Made by a program: the position numbers and the translations under genes
Shown: one piece after another, positions 26,362-34,024 of the stretch
Numbering within the stretch: the first letter of the stretch is position 1
How the letters are laid out: each line of letters opens with the position of its first letter
Source: Candidatus Altiarchaeales archaeon
GTDB taxonomy: Archaea > Altiarchaeota > Altiarchaeia > IMC4 > SCGC-AAA252-I15
Direction of reading: 5' to 3'
Assembly: GCA_014727915.1 (NCBI GenBank)
Contig: WJMO01000003.1
Coordinates: forward strand, 1-34,024
Length of the DNA stretch: 34,024 nucleotides
The notes under the pieces: model-generated
What the model was told of the DNA's origin: nothing
Databases searched by the model: none
The model's input: the letters and a program-made list of their open reading frames with translations, nothing else

Positions 26362-26835
26362 ATGAGAGCTGTCAGAGGCCAGAACGCCATCGAGTACATG
26401 ATGACCTACGGGTGGGCCATACTCGTCATACTCATAGTAGGGGTTCTCGTGTGGCAGATGGGGATCCTCGAGTTGGGGAGGAACGTCACACCTGACAAGA
26501 GGGGCTTCAGCCAGATAACACCGTTGGACTGGGTGATGAAAAATAACGGGGACATGGAGATAGTCGTCCAGAACAACGCAGGCACCATCCTTAGGATAGA
26601 CCAGATAGGCGCCAACATGCTGGCAGGAGGCAGTGCCTGCTCGCCGTCAGCGCCGCCGGGGACTTTCCCTATAGAAGACTTCCGGCCCGCAGCATCCGAG
26701 ACATTGACATTCTCATGCATGTTGAACGCGGAACAGGGAGAATACTACAAGGTTAACATGACCATAACTTACACTAACCCCTCTTCCGGACTTCAGCACA
26801 TGAGCAATGGAGTAGTGTGGGGGCCGGTAGGCTAG
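26362..26835 (+). CDS. Archaeal type IV pilin 3 (more divergent, probably minor)
   Basis: MRAVRG|QNAIEYMMTYGWAILVILIVGVLVW; C-terminal GVVWGP parallels IRGP of pilins 1 and 2. Confidence 0.9.
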   Translation: MRAVRGQNAIEYMMTYGWAILVILIVGVLVWQMGILELGRNVTPDKRGFSQITPLDWVMKNNGDMEIVVQNNAGTILRIDQIGANMLAGGSACSPSAPPGTFPIEDFRPAASETLTFSCMLNAEQGEYYKVNMTITYTNPSSGLQHMSNGVVWGPVG

Positions 26836-28082
26836 CCCAGGGCCAAAGGCAGTTCATCTGTATCCACGGTTTTTTGCTCTTTGGAAGACATGTCCTTCAA
26901 CCCTACACTGCCTTCTTCCAGCTCCTTCTCGCCGACTATGACAGAGTACTTGGCTCCGCTTTCACTGGCATGCTGCAGGGCCTTGTTCAGCCTCCTCCCA
27001 GCAAGGTCGATTTCGACCGTCAGCTCAGGCCGGGCGCGGCGGATGTCACATGCTATCCTGAAGGCGTCCGCTCTGACAGCGTCGGACACCGCTAAGACGA
27101 AGACGTCAGGTTTCTTCACATGCACGTCAACGCCCTGCTCATCTAACGCTTCCACGAGGCGGTCCACGCCGAAAGCAAAGCCCACAGCAGGGGTGGAAGG
27201 GCCTGCAAAGGCCTCTACGAGGGTGTCATATCGGCCTCCCCCGCAGACCTGGTTCTGAGCGCCCAAGCCCTCGACTTTAACGTCGAATACCATGCCAGTA
27301 TAGTAGTCCAGACCACGAGCCATGCTGAAGTCCACCTCATAGGGAACTGACACGACGTCTAAGAGCGAGAGCGTGTCCTTCAAGCCCGTTAGCAAACGCT
27401 TCGCTTCACTGTCTGAGACATTCCTGATAGCCTCGCCCACAACCTCGGACGATCCCTTGAGTCCCAGCAAGTCCCTGAGCGCCTTATCCTGCACTTCTTC
27501 CTTCACAGCGTCCAGGCCGCGCTTGTCCAACAGTTGTATGAGCCGGTCCTGGCCGCCGACGCCGAGGCCCTGGAGTTCCAGAAGCCTCCGTAAGACGCCG
27601 ATGTTGCTTATCCTGAGCCGGTACTTCAAACCTAGGCGCTGAAGGCACTCTGAAGCGACTAGTATGGCTTCCGCATCGGCTTCGGGGCCTGACACCCCGA
27701 ATAACTCGACACCAGCCTGCCAGAACTCCCGGTACCTGCCCTTCTGAGGCTCCTCATACCTGAACATCGGCCCATAGTAGGAGAGACGCAGGGGCTTGGG
27801 CAGGGTCCTTAGGTCGGAGGCATAGCTCCTAGCCACCGAAGCCGTCATCTCCGGCCTCAAGCACAGCTTCCGCCCGCCCTTGTCCTCGAACACGTATAGA
27901 TGATCCCTTATGTCCGCGCCGGACTTCTGCTCGAACAGCTCGAGGAACTCGAAAGTGGGCGTCCCTATCTTCTTGTAGCCAAAAGAGCTGAACACATCGT
28001 ATAGTATGTCCTCTACGCAGACCCTCTTGCTCATCTCCCCAGGCCCGAAATCCCGGACACCCCTTGGGCGCTCAAATGCCAT
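26832..28082 (-). CDS. hisS: Histidine--tRNA ligase
   Basis: RGVRDF, LRPEMT, FRYEEPQKGRYREFWQ, RGLDYYTG, GGGRYD, AVGFAFGVDRL, plus the C-terminal anticodon-binding domain. Confidence 0.97.
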   Translation of the reverse strand: MAFERPRGVRDFGPGEMSKRVCVEDILYDVFSSFGYKKIGTPTFEFLELFEQKSGADIRDHLYVFEDKGGRKLCLRPEMTASVARSYASDLRTLPKPLRLSYYGPMFRYEEPQKGRYREFWQAGVELFGVSGPEADAEAILVASECLQRLGLKYRLRISNIGVLRRLLELQGLGVGGQDRLIQLLDKRGLDAVKEEVQDKALRDLLGLKGSSEVVGEAIRNVSDSEAKRLLTGLKDTLSLLDVVSVPYEVDFSMARGLDYYTGMVFDVKVEGLGAQNQVCGGGRYDTLVEAFAGPSTPAVGFAFGVDRLVEALDEQGVDVHVKKPDVFVLAVSDAVRADAFRIACDIRRARPELTVEIDLAGRRLNKALQHASESGAKYSVIVGEKELEEGSVGLKDMSSKEQKTVDTDELPLALG

Positions 28083-28140
28083 ATTGTAAAAGGATTAAAC
28101 AGGGGGAGTATAAATGCCGGCAGAGAAGGGGATTACCAGC

Positions 28141-30243
28141 TCATCCGCCAGGCACCGTACACTGCGGGTTGTCGTAGTCCGATGGTATGAGCCTAGTGTT
28201 ACACCCGTTGCATGTCGTCTCCCCGTCGTAGAATAGCATGTCCAGCATAACATGCCATGTATCCGAGGTTATAGTCCCTAAGAAGGGGGGCGGATAGTGC
28301 TCATCGAAGTCTAGTGTTATCTTGTCCCCTGTCACCTGCACGGTGGGGGTAACCCAGAAGTCGTTGAAGACTCCGGTATTTGGTATTCTGACAAGGACTC
28401 TGCTGCCTGTGAAGTCGTCGAAGACATCAGGGTCGCCGCTGCACCTGTCCACTTCGAAATGTCCGGTGATGTGATAGTCCCCGGATATCTCAACATCCCC
28501 TACGAGGTTGGCCTCACCCGCGGGCGGCTCAAAATATGAGTTGCCCTGGTGGTTCGTGTTCCACTGGAACATGGTGTTCCAAGAGGCAGCACCATACAGT
28601 GTGGTGGTCGTCGTCGAAGACGTCGTGGTCGTGGAAGTCGATGAAGTGGATGTTGTGGTGGTCGAAGACGTAGTCGTTGACGAAGTGGTTACTACGGTGG
28701 TTGTAGTCACCGTTGTGGAGGTCGTTGAGGTCGTCACAGGCAAAGCTGTGCACATGCAGTCTGGGCCGCAGTTCGGCGTCGCGGAAGGCATCGCCGGAAC
28801 CGGGTTGCAGTATGGGCTGCTCACAAAGTTGGGCGGCTCGCACTCCTCGCCAATCGCCGAGTCCACCACCCCATTGTTGCAAAGGTTCAATGTGGTGGAG
28901 GTCGTGGTGGAGGAGGTAGTGGTGGTCGTCGGATAGTTTCCGCAGCAGCATATCCCGTCTCCGGAGCAGATAGCCCTCTCCTGAAACTCCTCAGCCTCGC
29001 ATGCGCCGCTGAACCTGCAAGTCCCATAATCGTGATTGGCTTCGGCGCAAGCTTCGTCGCAGTTCTTGCAGCCGACACAAACCTTGAACTCCCAGTTATC
29101 ATCGGATATGAAAGTGAAATTATGTATGTTCTTGCATTTCACGTTCCACTCGTAGGAGCCGTCACCTATGTTGAAGTATTTGAAGTAGTTGGAGGACATG
29201 TTCCTCACGGAAGTGTCGGTGTCGCTGACCTCCCAAACCCCAGAGATGTTGGTCCAGAGCTCGCAGAACTGGATGGGCCCGTATGCAGACTCAAAGTATT
29301 GGAATTCCACGTCAACGGTCCCGGGTATCTCAGGGGGTATCGTCGAGGTCGTGGAGGTCGTCGTCAGGGTCATGCCAGGAGGCCCGGTTACGTTGATCCA
29401 AGTCTTCACCCAGTTGTTAACGTTGCCTGTCTCGTCTACTGCTGTGACGGTATACCAGTAGCAGCAGCCCCATATGGGGTTGAAGTTGGACTCGTCTATC
29501 GTGAACTGGTAGTGGCCGTCGGTCTGGTCGCCGGAAACTAGGTTCATGCCAACTCCAGAGAACACGCCCGAACCACCGGGTGCGGTGAGAGCGCCTGTGA
29601 CCGAGACAACGTTATCGTCGGGGTCGCTGACATCGCATTCGACAGTCACATCCTGCAGGTTCAAGAATTCGAGTTCGTTGGGGTTAGCCTCGAGGTTCTC
29701 CACAACAGGCCCGTACAATTCGCACTCCGTGTATGGGCCATAGCTGCCCTGGTTTGATATGAGCTTTGTGTGGCATCCATCACAGGATAGGTGACCCTCG
29801 TAGAACAGCAGATCCAACATCACATACCAGTCGCCGACATTTCGCGCTCCCATGTAAGGCCAGGGGTAGTGTTCGTCGAAGTCGATTGTTATCATGTCCG
29901 GAGTTACCTGGACATTCGCGTTCACCATGAGGAAGTCAAGGAACATGCCGGTATTCGGTATGCGGAGATATATTTTGTCACCCACGAAGTCATCCCATAT
30001 GTCAGGGTCTCCGCTGCATCTCCGAACCTCGAAGTGGCCGACAATGTGGCTGTCGACCGTTACATCCGCATATCCTGAGAGGTGTGCGTAGCCGCCGGGA
30101 GGAGGCGGGTATACGTCAACGCCTGAACCCCTGTGATTCCTGTTCCATTCGAAGTCCGTATCCCAGGTGATGGAGGCGGAAGCTCCATGTGCCAAGAACG
30201 CCAACAGGAGAAAGGCAGCTAAAGGCCTTTGGACCCAACTCAT
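28141..30243 (-). CDS. Secreted modular protein with duplicated unknown terminal domains, Ig-like modules, Cys-rich repeats and Thr/Ser linkers
   Basis: Signal peptide ending ASA; N- and C-terminal domains share GHFEV.RCSGDPD..DDF.G, RIPNTG.F.DF, DFDEHYP.P and W.VMLD.LFY.G...C.GC; CNNGVVD...GEECE repeat; three Thr-rich tracts. Confidence 0.8.
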   Translation of the reverse strand: MSWVQRPLAAFLLLAFLAHGASASITWDTDFEWNRNHRGSGVDVYPPPPGGYAHLSGYADVTVDSHIVGHFEVRRCSGDPDIWDDFVGDKIYLRIPNTGMFLDFLMVNANVQVTPDMITIDFDEHYPWPYMGARNVGDWYVMLDLLFYEGHLSCDGCHTKLISNQGSYGPYTECELYGPVVENLEANPNELEFLNLQDVTVECDVSDPDDNVVSVTGALTAPGGSGVFSGVGMNLVSGDQTDGHYQFTIDESNFNPIWGCCYWYTVTAVDETGNVNNWVKTWINVTGPPGMTLTTTSTTSTIPPEIPGTVDVEFQYFESAYGPIQFCELWTNISGVWEVSDTDTSVRNMSSNYFKYFNIGDGSYEWNVKCKNIHNFTFISDDNWEFKVCVGCKNCDEACAEANHDYGTCRFSGACEAEEFQERAICSGDGICCCGNYPTTTTTSSTTTSTTLNLCNNGVVDSAIGEECEPPNFVSSPYCNPVPAMPSATPNCGPDCMCTALPVTTSTTSTTVTTTTVVTTSSTTTSSTTTTSTSSTSTTTTSSTTTTTLYGAASWNTMFQWNTNHQGNSYFEPPAGEANLVGDVEISGDYHITGHFEVDRCSGDPDVFDDFTGSRVLVRIPNTGVFNDFWVTPTVQVTGDKITLDFDEHYPPPFLGTITSDTWHVMLDMLFYDGETTCNGCNTRLIPSDYDNPQCTVPGG
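28600..28737 (-). repeat. Low-complexity Thr/Ser-coding tract (mucin-like linker)
   Basis: Degenerate GTN/GAN triplet run on the + strand encoding VTTSTTSTTVTTTTVVTTSSTTTSSTTTTSTSSTSTTTTSSTTTTT. Confidence 0.9.
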
Positions 30244-30310
30244 TTTATCTAGTTAAAACTGTGTTTTTATAAATTAAATACCTATATGAGGTATCCTGAA
30301 CAGGTTGAAG

Positions 30311-31441
30311 ATGGGCGAAGAGAGAGACATGATAGGGTCCGAGGGGGTAAGACAGAAGGATAACGCCGAAGAATCACCCATGGGGGAGCCTTCCCCTGAG
30401 CCGGCAGAAGCCGAGAAACAGCCAGAAGAGCGAAACCCCGCCGAGGAGCAGAAGACCGGGGAGGAGGACAAACCGGGGAAAACGGCCAAGAAGACGAAGA
30501 AAAAGAAGAAGGCCAAAAGGAAGTCCAAGAAGAAAAAGACCTCCAAGAAGAAGGAAGCTCGCCTCGTGTCGGACGATGTGAAGGAACCCGACAGGCCCTC
30601 GCAATCGAACGACAGCCTCAAACTGATAGCAGGAGCGGCAATCGTGCTGGTAGTCCTGGTAAGCCTCATCTACTTCACAAAGGAGGACACCGGCTACAGG
30701 GTAGGCGTTACAACCACCACCTTAGCGGAGTCCATGGAAGAAGAAGCGCAGGTGGCAGGCGAATACGACATCGTGACGGTAGAGTACAAGGCCATGTTCC
30801 TGAACGGCACCGTATTCGACACCTCAGACAAGGAGGTCGCTGAGGCAAACGGCATAGTGGAGCCACTGAGGACATACGAGCCCCTAACATTCACCCTAGG
30901 CTATGAGACCCTCATCGACGGCTTCGAAGAGGCCATAATAGGAATGGAAGTAGGGGAGGAGAAGGAGATAGTCCTAGCCCCTGAGAAAGCCTACGGTTAC
31001 CCCATGAGAGACTTGATAGAGGTCATAGAGAGGGTGCAAGTCAGCTCGGTAGTGCAGAACGTCTCGGTGGAGAAGTTCAAAGAGGACATAGGAGTGGAGC
31101 CGACCGAGGGTCTGGTGTTCACGGTACCGAACAGGTCGTTCTACGAGCTCTCATGGACGATGAGCGTCCTTGAAATAAACAACGACACAGTAACGTTCCA
31201 GTACCACCCCGCGGAGAACAACACCATCAACACCGTATTCGGACCCGCGATAGTATACGGGATAGACGACGAGATACGCATAAAACTAACCGCTGAAGAG
31301 GGAGACAACATAATGACCGTGGCAGGACCTGCGAAAGTCATAGACGTCAACGAAGAGAACATAACAGTGGACTTCAACCACGAGCTAGCAGGCAAAACCC
31401 TGAAATTCTACATAAAACTCATCGGACTGGTACAACAATAA
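30311..31441 (+). CDS. Membrane-anchored FKBP-type (SlyD-like) peptidyl-prolyl isomerase
   Basis: VTVEY...NGTVFDTS, YEPLTFTLG, LIDGFEEAIIGMEVGEEKEI, PEKAYG, VDFNHELAGKTLKF; preceded by a charged extension and one TM helix. Start is uncertain. Confidence 0.9.
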   Translation: MGEERDMIGSEGVRQKDNAEESPMGEPSPEPAEAEKQPEERNPAEEQKTGEEDKPGKTAKKTKKKKKAKRKSKKKKTSKKKEARLVSDDVKEPDRPSQSNDSLKLIAGAAIVLVVLVSLIYFTKEDTGYRVGVTTTTLAESMEEEAQVAGEYDIVTVEYKAMFLNGTVFDTSDKEVAEANGIVEPLRTYEPLTFTLGYETLIDGFEEAIIGMEVGEEKEIVLAPEKAYGYPMRDLIEVIERVQVSSVVQNVSVEKFKEDIGVEPTEGLVFTVPNRSFYELSWTMSVLEINNDTVTFQYHPAENNTINTVFGPAIVYGIDDEIRIKLTAEEGDNIMTVAGPAKVIDVNEENITVDFNHELAGKTLKFYIKLIGLVQQ

Positions 31442-31450
31442 TATGAAGAT

Positions 31451-33766
31451 TCACCAGTCGCCCAAACTAGTCTGCCTGCCGAGACCCTTTAATTCGTCTT
31501 CCTGATATCCGAGCGCCTCCAATATCCTCAACACCGCGGGCAAAACCTGGTTGTTCACATAGTAGTCGGGGTCGTAGTCTCCCTCCTCGGCGAAGTCCAC
31601 GACCACAGCCTTGTCGCCGATGTTGGAACCGCTGCCCTTCGTGACAACATAGGTTATGATGTCTCCCTGTTTGAAGTCCATCCCCGCCTTCATCGCCTTC
31701 CGCGCCGCCGCGATGTGAGGGCCTTCGCTGACATATCCTCCGATGTTCCGGGTCATCTGCGTGTTGATGGTCAACTCGGACAACGGCACCTCCCCGGACT
31801 TTATACGCTGTACCATCTCACGGACCGTCTCAGCCGCCTTATCAGGGTCCCTGTCCCTCAACAGCGCATCCAACACCTTCTGCTGGGTTGACTTCGCAGC
31901 ATCGCACCAGTCGCGCCTGCGAGTCTCCAAACCCTTCACTGTCAGCTTGCCCTGGGTGTCAATCAACGCATACCGCTTCTTGGTTATGAACACGCCACGT
32001 GGGTAGAATCCCTCGAACTCCAACTCCATCGACTCGGGCAGCTCCGCGTTGATCTCCTTCTGGAAGTCCTTGGCAACCCTGATAATCTCGTCCACATCCT
32101 CCAAGCCCGACTTGGTTATGTACACGCTATCAGTGTCGCCGTAGACGACGTTAAAACCCTTGGACTCCGCTATCTTGATGGTCTTCTGAATGTACTTCCG
32201 CCCCCATCCGGCAATAGCCTCCGCACACTCCCGACAATACCACCTGGCCCGCTGGAAACCATAGTAGCCGTACATGCTGTTAGCCAACAGTTTCATCGCC
32301 TGCTGCTCGACATCCAACAACGACTTCCGCTCCAGATCCTCCTCGGACTTCATCTCCGCCTTCAAGCTGACCCTCCTGTCGAGCAAGCCCTTCAATACCC
32401 CCGGTATGAAGCCGACCCCTTCAAGGCAGAAGTGGTGGTTGTTAGGCGCTCTAGGAGCCTTCCCTTCACAGCAATCACAGTCCAGCTTGGAGGGATCCAC
32501 GTTATGGGAGATGATGATGCTAGGGTACAGGCTCCGGAAGTCGAACAACACGATGTTGTCGTGTATGCCCTTAACAGGGTCCACGACGAACGCGCCCTCG
32601 TAGGGGCTGTCATCCCGGTCGCCGTACTCGCGATCCCCCGGACGGTTAGGCACTACAATGCCCTGCTTGTATGCCTCGTCTATCAGCAGGTACTCGACCC
32701 GCTGCCCGCTGCCCATCCGGGCAGTCTCATAAACCGGCTGCCGTATAACCTTAGAAAGCTCATACATCAACGGCAGCATCCTCAAAGCGATCTTCAGCGT
32801 CGCCACCGCGTCGGCCATCGAATACTCGCAGAGTATCTTGAACTTCTCACTGTCCTCGGACTCGTAGAACTCGGTTATCTGGCTGACCTTGATGTCCAGC
32901 TTCCGCTCCCCGAAGAGGCTCTCATAGACGTCCTCCAGCTGGTACCTCGGAAGGTTGAACACCTGACGGCAGACGGGGTACATGTCAACGTGGGGCCTGC
33001 CCGCAACCCGGGCTCCCATGTTCATGCCCCTGCGCTCCATCCTCACCTCGGACCCGTCAAAGCCCAGGTTCAGCTTAACATTGTTCTTCTCAGCACGGTC
33101 CTTCAAGTAGGGAAAGTCGAAGTTGTCGCTGTTGTAGCCGGTTATTATGTTTATCTCCTGGGTGCGGACCGTCTCGACAAGCTTCTCCAGCATCTCACCC
33201 TCAGAGCCCACGGCCTCGACATATTCCAGTCCCGGGTTATCCTTGCCTGCGACCCAAACCCTCTTCAAACCCCTGCTGTCAGCGTAGCTTATCATCGCCA
33301 CCGGATGCCGGTTAGCGTTGGGCTCACCCCCGGAAGCGACTTCGATGTCAACGGATGCGACGTTCAACTCGACCTGGTCCGAACCATCCATCGGAACGAT
33401 GCCAGAGTCGATTATGTAGCGCCTCGCGAATGGTATGTCCGCCTCCCGGTAGCCCCGGCAACTATCCAGACGCAGGACCGCCTCCCTCAACTGGGGCACA
33501 TCCTTAGGGATGGAAGCGAAGACCTTGACAACATCTACAGGGTCTCCGTTGTCCACCATATGCTTCTCCTCGACCCGCACAACCCCTGACAAACCCCCCA
33601 ACTCCTCGGACAAAACCTTGGCATCCGCCACGGGAAGGGCGTAAAAATAGGGTTCCACACCCTCAACCAACTCTATGCCAGCACCCTCAGAGGTCTTGAC
33701 ATACAACCTGACTATCGGCTTGCCATCCCTCACAATGTAATCCGCGTCCAAAACGCACATGACCAT
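31451..33766 (-). CDS. polB: Archaeal family B DNA polymerase (PolB3-like), intein-free
   Basis: Exo I DIE, Exo II YNSDNFD, Exo III YSMAD; polymerase motifs DFRSLYPSII, KLLANSMYGY, YGDTDS; KGLETRRRDW; C-terminal PIP-like QTSLGDW. Confidence 0.97.
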   Translation of the reverse strand: MVMCVLDADYIVRDGKPIVRLYVKTSEGAGIELVEGVEPYFYALPVADAKVLSEELGGLSGVVRVEEKHMVDNGDPVDVVKVFASIPKDVPQLREAVLRLDSCRGYREADIPFARRYIIDSGIVPMDGSDQVELNVASVDIEVASGGEPNANRHPVAMISYADSRGLKRVWVAGKDNPGLEYVEAVGSEGEMLEKLVETVRTQEINIITGYNSDNFDFPYLKDRAEKNNVKLNLGFDGSEVRMERRGMNMGARVAGRPHVDMYPVCRQVFNLPRYQLEDVYESLFGERKLDIKVSQITEFYESEDSEKFKILCEYSMADAVATLKIALRMLPLMYELSKVIRQPVYETARMGSGQRVEYLLIDEAYKQGIVVPNRPGDREYGDRDDSPYEGAFVVDPVKGIHDNIVLFDFRSLYPSIIISHNVDPSKLDCDCCEGKAPRAPNNHHFCLEGVGFIPGVLKGLLDRRVSLKAEMKSEEDLERKSLLDVEQQAMKLLANSMYGYYGFQRARWYCRECAEAIAGWGRKYIQKTIKIAESKGFNVVYGDTDSVYITKSGLEDVDEIIRVAKDFQKEINAELPESMELEFEGFYPRGVFITKKRYALIDTQGKLTVKGLETRRRDWCDAAKSTQQKVLDALLRDRDPDKAAETVREMVQRIKSGEVPLSELTINTQMTRNIGGYVSEGPHIAAARKAMKAGMDFKQGDIITYVVTKGSGSNIGDKAVVVDFAEEGDYDPDYYVNNQVLPAVLRILEALGYQEDELKGLGRQTSLGDW

Positions 33767-33829
33767 CTTCAACCAGTAAACGTGTAAATAGGTGTACGGG
33801 TTAATAAGGGAAGAACATGAGAGGGAGAT

Positions 33830-34024
33830 TCAACCCGGAGCGAGCCGTCCATACAATTCGATCATCTGGGGGACTATGGCTTTCCTCCGTTTGCCGCTGC
33901 GGTCCAACAAACTGTTAGCACCCTCCACCAACCTCTCGCACACGTCAGGATTATCAAGAAGATAACAGAACGCATCAGCCAACGCCACAGGATCACCCGG
34001 AGGAACCAAAAAACAATCCCCCAA
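33830..34024 (-). CDS. C-terminal fragment of a GT4 glycosyltransferase (truncated by window edge)
   Basis: FLVPPGDPVALADAFCYLLDNP...IELY resembles a GT-B C-terminus; compare LLVEPARPDLLADALNRLL in 17680..18840. Confidence 0.65.
   Translation of the reverse strand: MGDCFLVPPGDPVALADAFCYLLDNPDVCERLVEGANSLLDRSGKRRKAIVPQMIELYGRLAPG

Noticed and set aside
26832-28082. HisZ (ATP phosphoribosyltransferase regulatory subunit)
   Set aside because: It retains the HisRS catalytic motifs (RGLDYYTG, GGGRYD) and the anticodon-binding domain.
28508-28936. Val-rich + strand ORF, or a CRISPR-like/tandem repeat
   Set aside because: It is the reverse complement of Thr/Ser codon runs; there is no constant repeat-spacer periodicity and no cas genes.
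32432-33589. 385 aa ORF antisense to polB, and similar shadow ORFs (e.g. 3251..4147, 9056..9655, 481..1071)
   Set aside because: They lie entirely opposite well-supported genes, have no recognisable motifs, and are expected from biased codon usage.
31451-33766. Intein, or an inactivated or mobile-element polymerase
   Set aside because: Length is about 770 aa with contiguous, intact exonuclease and polymerase motifs and a PIP-like tail, consistent with an ordinary cellular PolB.

Overview
Gene-dense archaeal chromosomal window. Evidence for archaeal origin: a family-B DNA polymerase with a PIP box, GGTGA-type ribosome-binding sites, TATA-like boxes, oligo-T terminators and class III signal peptides. 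The EYLMTYGWAIL pilins and Thr-rich secreted proteins suggest a DPANN/Altiarchaeota-like organism (inference only). Left to right: (1) a MoxR AAA+ operon with a TPR/Ig-like protein and an integrin-alpha-like FG-GAP propeller/TPR membrane protein; (2) a type IV pilus locus with a secreted accessory protein, a large minor pilin ending in a cupredoxin-like domain, an assembly ATPase with an N-terminal winged helix, two TadC/ArlJ-like platform proteins, and an antisense membrane-anchored NERD nuclease; (3) a ~12.4 kb, 10-gene, apparently AT-richer glycan cassette (GT-C, two UPF0104 flippase-like proteins, AlkP-family enzyme, GT4, GT2, deacetylase-like protein, radical SAM, DegT aminotransferase, AsnB-like amidotransferase) bracketed by two paralogous pilin genes with duplicated promoter/leader regions, followed by a third pilin; (4) hisS, a secreted protein with a duplicated unknown domain, a membrane-anchored FKBP, polB and a truncated glycosyltransferase. 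Best candidate for an undescribed system: a pilin-bracketed, possibly exchangeable cassette that may O-glycosylate Ser/Thr-rich, sequon-free pilins with an unusual amino/amido sugar. No rRNA, tRNA, CRISPR array or transposase was recognised. All family calls come from reading motifs by eye; no searches were run.
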